Origin: a bacterium
GTDB taxonomy: Bacteria > Fidelibacterota > Fidelibacteria > Fidelibacterales > Fidelibacteraceae
Assembly (NCBI GenBank): GCA_963676395.1
Contig: OY781066.1
Location: 864,001 to 928,000, forward strand
DNA: 64,000 nt
Direction: 5' to 3'
In this document: piece after piece, positions 31,959-40,975 of the stretch
Numbering within the stretch: position 1 is the first letter of the stretch
Layout: every line of letters begins with the position of its first letter
The notes under the pieces: generated by a model
The model's input: only the letters and a program-made list of their open reading frames with translations
Told to the model about the DNA's origin: nothing
Database searches by the model: none
Translations under genes and position numbers: made by a program

Positions 31959-33404
31959 CTACTTAACATAAATCACTTTTTGAGAATTAATTAAATCACC
32001 GGATTGTAATCGAACAATATAAACGCCTGAACCAAGATTATCCGGTTGCCATTTAATTGAATAAGCGCCCTTATGTTTATAAGTATTCTCAAGTACATCA
32101 ACCAACAGTCCGCCAATATCATAAATTCTCAAAGTAGTTTGTGCATCTTTTGTTAAATAATAATCTAATGTTACACTTGGATTAAAGGGATTAGGGTAAG
32201 CTTTCTGCAATCCAAATTGCATGGGTAATTTCACGTTTTCTGATTCAATAGTAATTTCAATTGGATCATGCCATATAATTGTACCACTAAAACCCACATC
32301 TCCTAAACGATAAGTATACCTTGCTCCAGGTTTTACATTTATATCGACAAATTGATAATTGTGTTTTTCTGTTGTTGATCCATATCCGACCAAAGCATCA
32401 TAATGCAAATAATCTGCAAGATGTTCCCAGGACAATTCATCAACTAGACGCTTTTCAAGAATAAACCCTTGATTCTCGGTTTCACTTTCGGTTTCCCAAA
32501 TTAGAGTAATACCTTCGGCATCAGGCTCGGCATAAAAGGATGTCAGCTCAATAGGTGTAGCAGATTCTGCCGTTGTCACCTCTTGGTACACAGTATAATC
32601 GCTAGTACCGTCTTCATTTCTAGCCCGAAACCTCACATAATACGTTGTACTTACATCTAAGCCACCAACTTCTTCAGTTGGTACAAGCATTTCCATATTA
32701 CTTTTAACAATGTTTGTAAATGATGTATTGGTACTTACCTGATAATCCCAGTGCGTAATGCGATAATCTTTTTTGTCGGTCAAAGTAATTGTAAAAGATG
32801 TTGGCTTGACGTCAGATAATGTGAATACTGGATTAACAGGTGTTGACCAGGACCAATATAAATCAAATTCTACTTTATAATATCCATTTTCACCTTCGAC
32901 ACCACAATCGACATAATCTATACTTGTACTACCATTGTTTTTGAAATTTTGCCATGTATTCCTGATGATAGAGCTACTCAAATTATTCATATAATCATAA
33001 TCTGCACTGTAAACATCATCATCGTCACTTTGATATGTACTCACCGGATCTACATCATGCTCCCATCCTTCTAGCCTAATATAAATATTATCGGCATTAT
33101 CTAAACAAGTACCGCTCCACACAACATTCACATCTTCAGAATCCCAAGCACCATTACTATATGCCCGCTCATTGATACTTGAGTGATATTTTACATTTGA
33201 AAAGCTATTGGAGTAAGATGCACCAATATATAAAGAATAGCTCCAAACCGGATCAGCATTTCCAAACTCAAAATTAGTTAAAGCATAAAAATCATCCGTA
33301 CGAATCTGAAAGTCTATTTTTTCTTGAGCAAACAAATTGACCAAAGGAATAATTAAAATGATTACTGTTACTAATACTAAAATTTTCTTCCTACCTAATC
33401 TCAT
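31959..33404 (-). CDS. Secreted protein: variable N-domain + FN3 + Ig-like + CTD (paralog of 17364-18839)
   Basis: AQEKIDFQIRTDDFYA; FN3 nearly identical to the paralog; AYPNPFNP...QKVIYVK. Confidence 0.82.
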   Translation of the reverse strand: MRLGRKKILVLVTVIILIIPLVNLFAQEKIDFQIRTDDFYALTNFEFGNADPVWSYSLYIGASYSNSFSNVKYHSSINERAYSNGAWDSEDVNVVWSGTCLDNADNIYIRLEGWEHDVDPVSTYQSDDDDVYSADYDYMNNLSSSIIRNTWQNFKNNGSTSIDYVDCGVEGENGYYKVEFDLYWSWSTPVNPVFTLSDVKPTSFTITLTDKKDYRITHWDYQVSTNTSFTNIVKSNMEMLVPTEEVGGLDVSTTYYVRFRARNEDGTSDYTVYQEVTTAESATPIELTSFYAEPDAEGITLIWETESETENQGFILEKRLVDELSWEHLADYLHYDALVGYGSTTEKHNYQFVDINVKPGARYTYRLGDVGFSGTIIWHDPIEITIESENVKLPMQFGLQKAYPNPFNPSVTLDYYLTKDAQTTLRIYDIGGLLVDVLENTYKHKGAYSIKWQPDNLGSGVYIVRLQSGDLINSQKVIYVK

Positions 33405-33556
33405 TCTCTTCTCCTATTTTTTTCGAGTATAATCATACTTCTAAGCAAATTACACTGTTAAAATATTTACTAATATTTGCGCAACGAACATCTTTGTGAT
33501 GAATAGGAATAATTTATATAAAATGACGTCTTTTTTATTTTAAATTGATCAATTGC

Positions 33557-34411
33557 CTAAGTACTAAAGTCCCTGATCATTTCTTTAGGAAAATCTCTTG
33601 ATACCGGAATAGTAAATTCAAGCTTCGAAATGTGCAAACTGAGGTTTCTGGCATTACCGTCAACCTTTACCACATTATTCAAGTTCACTAAAAATGAACG
33701 ATGGCAACGTTTCACCTTACTAAATTTATTTAACTGCTCTTCAATACTTGTTATCGAATTTCGAATAATTTTTGATTTAACGATTTCATCATGACGATAA
33801 TAAACAATTAAATAATTTCCCTCAGCCTTTAAACACAAAAAATCATTTAGATCGATCTCAATATTTTCATTTTTATTTCTAGATAAAATACAAATACGAG
33901 TTTCCTCATTATTCTTGTTAATTTTATAAATATTATCGGTAATATCAGCAGCAAATCTCTCATTGGTCTTTGTCAGATATTTTTCCATAAGCAAAAATAA
34001 AATAAATGTCGGAGTAATCCCGACCGCTATCGTCGAGAACAAAAAATAAAACAGACTTTTTTGTTGGATAATCCCCAAACCAACTGTTGAGTTATATATC
34101 CAATTTAATAGAACCATTATAATAAAATGGTAAATTGTAAAAACAAATGTCCTACCGATTGTCCAATTGTCATAATCAAAAAATCGTTTAAAAATACAAG
34201 GAAGCAGAAAAAAACCGGATATCATAACAGAAAAATTAATTATTGAATAGCCGGCGATAAAAAGTGATTTATTCTTTTCAATTTCAGACATACCGAAAGG
34301 TTGAAATATCTCAAGAAAAATTAAAATAAACACAGAAAATATTATAGAGGCCAGTATTCTATATCTTCTTTTTTCAATAAAAGGAAAGGGCTTACTAAAA
34401 AAATTATTCAT
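33557..34411 (-). CDS. Membrane-anchored LytTR-domain regulator (paralog of 18993-19847)
   Basis: SKPFPFIEK, FQPFG, LKAEGNY, RCHRSFLVN, IPVSR; start set at MNNFF by alignment with the paralog. Confidence 0.9.
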   Translation of the reverse strand: MNNFFSKPFPFIEKRRYRILASIIFSVFILIFLEIFQPFGMSEIEKNKSLFIAGYSIINFSVMISGFFLLPCIFKRFFDYDNWTIGRTFVFTIYHFIIMVLLNWIYNSTVGLGIIQQKSLFYFLFSTIAVGITPTFILFLLMEKYLTKTNERFAADITDNIYKINKNNEETRICILSRNKNENIEIDLNDFLCLKAEGNYLIVYYRHDEIVKSKIIRNSITSIEEQLNKFSKVKRCHRSFLVNLNNVVKVDGNARNLSLHISKLEFTIPVSRDFPKEMIRDFST

Positions 34412-34659
34412 ATTAAATCCATAATAAACATTGTTCTCAACAAAAAATACTTCATTTAACACCCAATAGCCAAAAGCTTTTTATAAATATCATATAAATT
34501 TTTAGTTTGAGTGCCTCACCGACCTTCCTCCCATAATCAAACACTCAAATACTTAATTTTTTCAACTTCCTTCCGACAAATCCAAGTACAATTAAACCCA
34601 GTGTATAATGGAAAAACATACTGATTTCAGAATCGAGGCAACATCTTCATCTCATTGCT

Positions 34660-34900
34660 ATAAAATTGTGCCCATTTTGTGGAAGCTTTTTGTCCCAAAA
34701 TGTCCAGAAATGCCGAAACTCGCAGTAATACTATAAAAATGCAGTAAAGAAAAAAGCCCTCATAATCTCATTATTTACAAGGGCTTATAGTGTACGCCAT
34801 CGGGGACTTGAACCCCGAACCAACGGATTAAAAGTAAAGTGGAGAGCCTTTATCTAAGCGGGTTATACGGTTTGTGTACACCAAGATGTGGCTGGTGGAG
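34660..34900. mobile_element. attP-like junction of a tRNA-Lys-targeting integrative element
   Basis: Core 34792-34835 is 42/44 identical to the tRNA-Lys 3' half through the anticodon loop. Left arm has direct repeats ttgtgccca/ttgtccca/atgtcca and hairpin AAGCCCT..AGGGCTT; right flank is shared with 29376-29446. Confidence 0.65.
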
Positions 34901-34967
34901 GAAAATTCTGACGTATTCATTATTTGGTAAACTTGTATACAGCATTAAAGATCGTTTAGAAATAAAA

Positions 34968-35744
34968 TTACCTAATAGCTTTTTTAAAGGCTTTTAGTGC
35001 AAGCCACATACCAAGAATTGAGAATACTGCAAGAACTAAAAATGAAAGCCACAATGGAATATTAGCAGGTATACCCATACCAGGTGTTGCTTCTAAGCTG
35101 ATTTGTCTCATACCTGTTACAATATAGGTTGTGGGATTGATATAAGCACCTATTCTCATCCACATAGGTAGGGTCTCTAAGGGGTACAATGAATTACTCA
35201 AGAAAAGCAAAGGTAATTGAAGCATAAATATCATCATATGATATCCTTCTGAGCTATCGGTAGAAGAAGCGACAGCTAAAGCTATGCCTGAAAATCCTAT
35301 TCCATAGCCTGTAACCAAAACAAGGCCACCTATCCACCCCAGTGGATTGCTCCCCAATTTTGCACCCATTAAAACACCTACGATAAAAATAATTATGGAT
35401 TGAACTAAAACCTTTGTAAGAATACTACTAGCATTCCCCATTAGTATACTTAATCGTGAAATTGGAGCGACAAGATATTCTTTTACTACGCCCATTAGAC
35501 GTTCGTTTAACCATGTTGACCCTCCGGCGATCGCTCCACTCACAGCTGTAAGCGCCACGATCCCGGGAACCATAAACGTCATATAATCATTTCCATTTGT
35601 TGAGGAACCACTCATTAAACTACGCATGCCAACTCCGAACAATACAACCCATAATATAGGTTGTATTAGCATACCAATGATCTCTTCGGGGTGAATCCGA
35701 ATTTTTTTTATTTGTTTCTGCCATAATAAATACGTTTTATTCAT
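34968..35744 (-). CDS. ABC-2 type transporter permease (DrrB-like)
   Basis: Six TMs; YMTFMVPGI, KEYLVAPISR, LSNSLYP, INPTTY. Confidence 0.9.
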   Translation of the reverse strand: MNKTYLLWQKQIKKIRIHPEEIIGMLIQPILWVVLFGVGMRSLMSGSSTNGNDYMTFMVPGIVALTAVSGAIAGGSTWLNERLMGVVKEYLVAPISRLSILMGNASSILTKVLVQSIIIFIVGVLMGAKLGSNPLGWIGGLVLVTGYGIGFSGIALAVASSTDSSEGYHMMIFMLQLPLLFLSNSLYPLETLPMWMRIGAYINPTTYIVTGMRQISLEATPGMGIPANIPLWLSFLVLAVFSILGMWLALKAFKKAIR

Positions 35745-35755
35745 ATTATTTATCC

Positions 35756-36709
35756 TTATTTATCTCGTAATTGCCTTCCGGTATATTTCAAAAACACATC
35801 TCCCAGGTCAGGTTTTGAAACTGAAATATCATCGATTGAAAATCCATTCTCATTGGCTATCCTTATAACTTCAACTAGGCGCTGATTACCCTTATCTACG
35901 CCGATCTGCATAACATCATCAGAAGTATCTATATTTTCGATATACGATAGTTTTTCTATCTTTGACAAGAATTTCTTAGCATTGCCACTTCCATATATTT
36001 TTATATTGTCGGCACCCATTTTATCGATAAGATCATCAGGTGATCCCTCTATCACGATCTTTCCTTGATCGATGATACCAACTCTATCGGCTAGCGCTGC
36101 CGCTTCGTCCATATAGTGAGTTGTTAAGATAATTGTCATGTTTGTATTTGTTTTTAAGGTCCTGATATAATCCCAGATTTTCATCCGGTTCTGGGGATCT
36201 AAGCCTTGGGTCGGTTCGTCAAGGAACAATATTTCAGGATCAGTTATTAATCCACGAGCTAACTCCAAACGTCTTTTCATACCTCCGGAATATGTTTTGG
36301 TCAATCTATCTGCTGCTTCTTCCAACTCAATAAGCTGTAATAGCTCATCGACCTTTTTACTGCGCTCTGATCTATTCATACCATAGAGTCGTGCATGAAA
36401 ATCCAACGATTCACGCCCCGTCATATCAGGATCTAGAACAATTTCTTGAAAAGTCACTCCAATTTTCCGACGAACTTTATCTGCTTCTTTAACAATATTT
36501 AAGCCCTTTATTTGTGCGCTTCCGGATGTGGGCTCTGTTAAGGTTGTCAGCATAGATATTGTTGTTGTTTTTCCGGCACCATTGGGGCCCAATATGGCAT
36601 AGATCGTATTATTTGGTATGCTAAGATCAAGATGATCGACAGCCAGAACATCCTTATCATATGTTTTAGTCAGACCTTTCGTTATGATCGCTTGTTCTTT
36701 TTTTTGCAT
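35756..36709 (-). CDS. ABC transporter ATP-binding protein (DrrA-like)
   Basis: GPNGAGKTT, YSGGMKRRLE, LFLDEPT, LTTHYMDEA. Confidence 0.93.
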   Translation of the reverse strand: MQKKEQAIITKGLTKTYDKDVLAVDHLDLSIPNNTIYAILGPNGAGKTTTISMLTTLTEPTSGSAQIKGLNIVKEADKVRRKIGVTFQEIVLDPDMTGRESLDFHARLYGMNRSERSKKVDELLQLIELEEAADRLTKTYSGGMKRRLELARGLITDPEILFLDEPTQGLDPQNRMKIWDYIRTLKTNTNMTIILTTHYMDEAAALADRVGIIDQGKIVIEGSPDDLIDKMGADNIKIYGSGNAKKFLSKIEKLSYIENIDTSDDVMQIGVDKGNQRLVEVIRIANENGFSIDDISVSKPDLGDVFLKYTGRQLRDK

Positions 36710-36717
36710 ATTTCTTC

Positions 36718-37545
36718 CTATACTTTAACATTTGTCAACGTTTCAGCGACTTTTAATAGTTTTTCCGTTTTGTCTAATTCTTTTTCCGGGATCGACATCT
36801 CCCGTTTTTCATCTTTATAACAATATATTCCGGATACATTCTTAAATTCATCCGAAATGGCCATTGTTGCTATTCTTTCACCGCCATATTGGGGTTTTTC
36901 TAAAAATGAATTAAGAATTCTCATAAAGAATTTTGGGTATTCTCTGAATGAGTCTGTTGCCAGTACTCCGGGATGTAGCGCGTTTACAGTGATCCCAAGA
37001 TCTTTATATTTCCGGGACAGGGTAAGCGTAAATAGTATTCCTGCCAATTTAGAATTTGCGTAAGCATTACTTGCTTTATATTTCGATTTCATCATGAGAT
37101 CCTGCAGATCTATTGTACCGCTTTTGTATAGTTCGGAGACCACATTTACAATGCGTGCGTTATCGGCTCTCTCTAAGTTTGGCTGTAGGAGCTTTGACAA
37201 CATGTAAGGGGCAAGAAAATTTACAGCGAATGTCAATTCCATACCGAGCGCATTTTCCTCTCTTTTAACTTTATATACACCGGCGTTATTAACCAAGACA
37301 TCAATGACCGGGAATTGACTGTTGATCTTTTTTACTACAGAAGTGATTGACTTAGGATCTGCCAAATCCGCTGTAAACAATACGATATTTTTATTTCCGC
37401 TTGCCTCTATGATCTCCTTTTGAGCCAAACGGGATTTTTCACTGTCACGACAAAGCATAAGGACCTGATGTCCTTGTTTAGCAAGAATGAGTGCTGCTTC
37501 TTTTCCAATTCCTGAATTTGATCCTGTTATGATAATAGTTTTCAT
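36718..37545 (-). CDS. SDR family oxidoreductase (retinol dehydrogenase-like)
   Basis: ITGSNSGIG, LVNNAG, YANSK, LHPG. Confidence 0.9.
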   Translation of the reverse strand: MKTIIITGSNSGIGKEAALILAKQGHQVLMLCRDSEKSRLAQKEIIEASGNKNIVLFTADLADPKSITSVVKKINSQFPVIDVLVNNAGVYKVKREENALGMELTFAVNFLAPYMLSKLLQPNLERADNARIVNVVSELYKSGTIDLQDLMMKSKYKASNAYANSKLAGILFTLTLSRKYKDLGITVNALHPGVLATDSFREYPKFFMRILNSFLEKPQYGGERIATMAISDEFKNVSGIYCYKDEKREMSIPEKELDKTEKLLKVAETLTNVKV

Positions 37546-37568
37546 TGTATTATTTATCCTTTCTTCAA

Positions 37569-38072
37569 TTAGCTTTGATATCGTTCAATAATTTTCGTTA
37601 ACCATTGAATTTCATTTTTGTAATAATTGTGATGATATTCTATGGACAAGTGACTCTGTCGAATGTCTTCTGAAAGAGCGTCCAAGGCTTGAAACTTTTT
37701 ATTAATTTGCTCAAGACGTTCCTGTAATAGAATCGCCACTTCATCCGAGGAAAGTGCATATAAATAATCCAGACCAACAACCGCGGGAAACTGAGGAGAG
37801 GGGCAAGTGGCAATGTTTTTACGAAGAAAATTTAAAAATGCTTCTTCACCTTTCTTGGTGATCGAATAAACACGTCGCACAGGTCGATTTCCCTCTTGCT
37901 TTTCATGATGAATGATCAAACCTTCATTTTCCATGTCTGTTAATAACTTATAAGCATTGGATTTTTTTAACTTAATCGGAAGTCCAAGTTCATTTTTTAA
38001 TATTTCATTTAATTGATAACCATGCATTTCGTGGCTTCTCAGTAGCCCTAAAAGTAAAAGTCTTTTCTCCAT
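37569..38072 (-). CDS. PadR family transcriptional regulator
   Basis: LLLLGLL..MHGYQL, Y..L..ME.EGLI, RPVRRVYSIT.KG; AAGGAG RBS before MEKR. Confidence 0.88.
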   Translation of the reverse strand: MEKRLLLLGLLRSHEMHGYQLNEILKNELGLPIKLKKSNAYKLLTDMENEGLIIHHEKQEGNRPVRRVYSITKKGEEAFLNFLRKNIATCPSPQFPAVVGLDYLYALSSDEVAILLQERLEQINKKFQALDALSEDIRQSHLSIEYHHNYYKNEIQWLTKIIERYQS

Positions 38073-38445
38073 TTTAATATCTCCTTTCATTTAGTCACAA
38101 ACGGACTATTCATTAATGACCAATATATGCTTTAAATTTTCTTAAGTCAATCTTTTCCCATGTTTTTTTATCTAATGACAAAAATGACAACTATAAGTCA
38201 TAACTAAAGAGGCGTATTCGAATAAATAACCAATCAAGGATTAACCTTATTCGATTTTCGAAGACTTCATATATAGCCTGTCCTTCGAAGCTTTAGCGAA
38301 GAAGGATAATCCTTGTTCATTATTCGTAAATCAATTCCCCTCTTCTCCTTTTCGCCCCCTCTCCCCATCGCTTCTTAAAATGCTACCAAACATCCCTCAT
38401 AAAATTCAAGGTAATAAAAACTCCCCATCGTCTAAATGGGGAGAG

Positions 38446-38463
38446 TGGTATGCCATCAGGGAC
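38446..38463 (-). repeat. tRNA-Lys 3'-end remnant with terminator 38416-38444
   Basis: tggtatgccatcagggac (17/18 to the tRNA 3' end); hairpin CTCCCCAT..ATGGGGAG with a T run on the minus strand. Confidence 0.75.
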
Positions 38464-38638
38464 GGGTCGATTAGAGATTTTAGATTGATGATTGTTGATT
38501 TGATCTCAGAACAAGGATCACCGATATCCGGTTCACAAATTTTTATCTTTTTCCTGACCCCACACCCCTGACCCCAGGTGAATGTGGCTGGTGTAGGAAA
38601 GGAAGTACTATAATAACATTACCTCATTTTCATGTTCA

Positions 38639-39322
38639 TTAACCCAGTCCGTAAATATGTACGAGGGTATAATAAATACCAACAAGAATAAAAAGCCCCC
38701 CTGTGATCTTACGTACCCAGATCTCGATCTGCGTCAGCTTGGTAAATATCTTGCTAACTGATTTTGTTGCAAAGGCAAGCAGGAAAGCAAAGAGAATAAC
38801 CGGCAAGGCAGTTCCGACACCATAGATTAAAGGAAAAATAATAATGGAGTTTTCTTTTATGGCAAGCGGTACCAGCCCACCAAAAAACAATCCCGCTGAA
38901 ACAGGACAAAAACTCAGGGCAAAAAGTGCTCCGATTGGTAAAGCCAAAAATATTCCACTTTTCGCAGCTTTTTCTTGAATGTGGTCTGTTTTGAATGAGA
39001 ACGAGATGTTCTTTCCCAGCCAATTCAACAATAGCATTCCCAACAGGATCATCACAGGTCCGAGAATCTCATTCATGTGTTTTTGCAAAAATCGGGAGAT
39101 CTCAGCATTTGCCAGTAATCCGGCTGCGATGCCAGCGCCCAATAGGATATACACGAGAGTTCGGCCAAGAGTATACAATAATCCGGATGTGAGGACATGA
39201 GCTTTATTGCCTGCTTTTCGAGAAATAAAAGAAATTGAGGCAATATTTGTTGCAAGCGGGCAAGGACTGATGGCCGTCATAATTCCTAACCACAAAGCGC
39301 TGAAAATGGACAGCTCCATCAT
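38639..39322 (-). CDS. ArsG-family / DsbD-like transmembrane permease
   Basis: LGIMTAISPCPLATNI, LFALSFCPVS, YGVGTALPV. Confidence 0.8.
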   Translation of the reverse strand: MMELSIFSALWLGIMTAISPCPLATNIASISFISRKAGNKAHVLTSGLLYTLGRTLVYILLGAGIAAGLLANAEISRFLQKHMNEILGPVMILLGMLLLNWLGKNISFSFKTDHIQEKAAKSGIFLALPIGALFALSFCPVSAGLFFGGLVPLAIKENSIIIFPLIYGVGTALPVILFAFLLAFATKSVSKIFTKLTQIEIWVRKITGGLFILVGIYYTLVHIYGLG

Positions 39323-39801
39323 TTTCTCACCTCTTTACTGAGGTAAATATCAATCGCATCGCTGATATGTTGATCAAATGCTTCAGGATCTTTCATCAGT
39401 GTCCAAACCTCGTTTAATCGCTGAAAGTCAATGACCTCTCCATTTTGGATATCGGCGACAACAACACACGATGCGGCAACATCAAATTGTTTAGATAGGT
39501 CGATGTCTTTCATAAAATCAATGTCTTGCCATTGGATACTTCCGTCTTCAAGAAAAGAGCTATATTGTCTATCCAGCAGATTTCGGGTCATCGTTTCGAT
39601 GGTATTACAGGTTTCACAGCGAAAGGTGGAATGCATGTAATAAACCGCAACGAAATCAATATTTTTGTTAATTGTTTGACTATCTTGCCTGTTGACAGAA
39701 TTTTTCCCTAACATAAAACCGATACTGACGAAGATGAAAATCAACAGCAAATAGGTAGCAATGGATTTTAACCCGTCTTTATTGACTATCATGTTTAGCA
39801 A
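39319..39801 (-). CDS. ArsF-family thioredoxin-like protein (nitroreductase subunit family)
   Basis: YYMHSTFRCETCNTIE motif; N-terminal TM; adjacent to the arsG-like gene. Confidence 0.75.
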   Translation of the reverse strand: MLNMIVNKDGLKSIATYLLLIFIFVSIGFMLGKNSVNRQDSQTINKNIDFVAVYYMHSTFRCETCNTIETMTRNLLDRQYSSFLEDGSIQWQDIDFMKDIDLSKQFDVAASCVVVADIQNGEVIDFQRLNEVWTLMKDPEAFDQHISDAIDIYLSKEVRK

Positions 39802-40265
39802 CCACTGCTTCCGCAGCCGACAGTTTCCCTTGAATCACAGTCACCGCAGGCGTCATCAATGATCGTATCATTTAGTGGTTTCTTCGAAGGTTTAAGATCA
39901 TATCCCAGTTCGGCCCATTTTTCAAGAATATTATTTTTTGATATAAATCCGATATGCCGCCAGAGCTCATTACCTTTAGCATCGAAAAAGATTTGGGTAG
40001 GGATCTTGGTTATCCCATATTTTTCTGCTTCAAGTTGGTTCTCCGGTTTCCAGACATCGATAAACTCAACGTCGAGCACACCGGCATACTCTTCCTTCAA
40101 TTCTTCAAGTATAGGTGCCATTTCCTTGCATGGAATGCATTTGTCTGCCCCCAGATCCAATAGCTTAGGTGTGCCGTTGACAGATTTTCCGCAAGATAGC
40201 AATAGCACAAATACAAGTAAGACAGTAAAGAAAGTGAACCGTGAATTCATTTTACTTATTTTCAA
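39795..40265 (-). CDS. Thioredoxin family lipoprotein
   Basis: LLSC lipobox; DLGADKCIPCKEM; IPTQIFFD; Cys-rich tail. Confidence 0.85.
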   Translation of the reverse strand: MKISKMNSRFTFFTVLLVFVLLLSCGKSVNGTPKLLDLGADKCIPCKEMAPILEELKEEYAGVLDVEFIDVWKPENQLEAEKYGITKIPTQIFFDAKGNELWRHIGFISKNNILEKWAELGYDLKPSKKPLNDTIIDDACGDCDSRETVGCGSSGC

Positions 40266-40472
40266 ATGTAGGCCTCCTGGACGTATTTTTCATTATCCTT
40301 TATGTAGTAAAGGAGTATTTGGTAAAATAGCCCAATGTTTATTGATTACCAAATTCAAAATTGATAGTCCTTGCCCAATATTCTCAAATATAATTTTATT
40401 TTCATTGTTTATCCTACTTTTCCACTCATATGATAAAATAATGCCAAACAACTTTATAAAACTCAGGGCAAT

Positions 40473-40500
40473 AAAAAATCCCCATCACTAGAATGGGGAA
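40473..40500 (-). terminator. Terminator of the tRNA-Arg/tRNA-Lys transcript
   Basis: TCCCCAT-tctagtg-ATGGGGA followed by TTTTTT on the minus strand. Confidence 0.7.
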
Positions 40501-40591
40501 GTTTTATTAGCCAGCCTTCGCTACCAACTACGCTTTTGCTTCGTCGGTCAAGAAAGCTACGGCTGACCTTCGCCCCGAATACTCGGGACCT

Positions 40592-40667
40592 TGGTACGCC
40601 ATCAGGGACTTGAACCCCGAACCAACGGATTAAGAGTCCGGTGCTCTACCAATTGAGCTAATGGCGC
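40592..40667 (-). tRNA. tRNA-Lys (anticodon CTT)
   Basis: GCGCCATTAGCTCAATTGGTAGAGCACCGGACTCTTAATCCGTTGGTTCGGGGTTCAAGTCCCTGATGGCGTACCA; cloverleaf, CCA encoded. Confidence 0.96.
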
Positions 40668-40745
40668 ATATGAAAGCTATCAGCCTTCAGCTATTAGCAA
40701 TCAATCGACTGACTGCTGACAGCTGATTACTGTAAGCTATGATTG

Positions 40746-40819
40746 TACGCACGGAAGGATTCGAACCCTCGGCCTTCGGAACCGGAATCCGACGCTCTAT
40801 CCAGCTGAGCTACGTGCGC
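40746..40819 (-). tRNA. tRNA-Arg (anticodon CCG)
   Basis: GCGCACGTAGCTCAGCTGGATAGAGCGTCGGATTCCGGTTCCGAAGGCCGAGGGTTCGAATCCTTCCGTGCGTA; CCA not encoded. Confidence 0.95.
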
Positions 40820-40975
40820 AAATGCTATTTCAACAAGCGGAGTAATATAATTTAAATCATTTTCGTTTCAAAATGATTTATTGTTTGGTATGATGACAAT
40901 CTGACTTAAATACAAGATGCTCGCATTATATTTCAAACAAACAGGATTAATACAACAATTATATATACAACACTA

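Noticed and set aside
29334..34835. Additional functional tRNA genes at 29334, 31580 and 34792
   Set aside because: Only 3' halves are present; no D-arm or 5' acceptor strand.
34891..34898. GCTGGTGG (E. coli Chi)
   Set aside because: Single occurrence within the conserved flank motif; the other copies read GCTGGTGA/T, and Chi sequences are lineage-specific.
21423..40667. CRISPR array or DGR explanation for the repeats
   Set aside because: Repeats are tRNA-derived and kilobases apart; no cas or reverse transcriptase gene; paralog differences are not adenine-specific.
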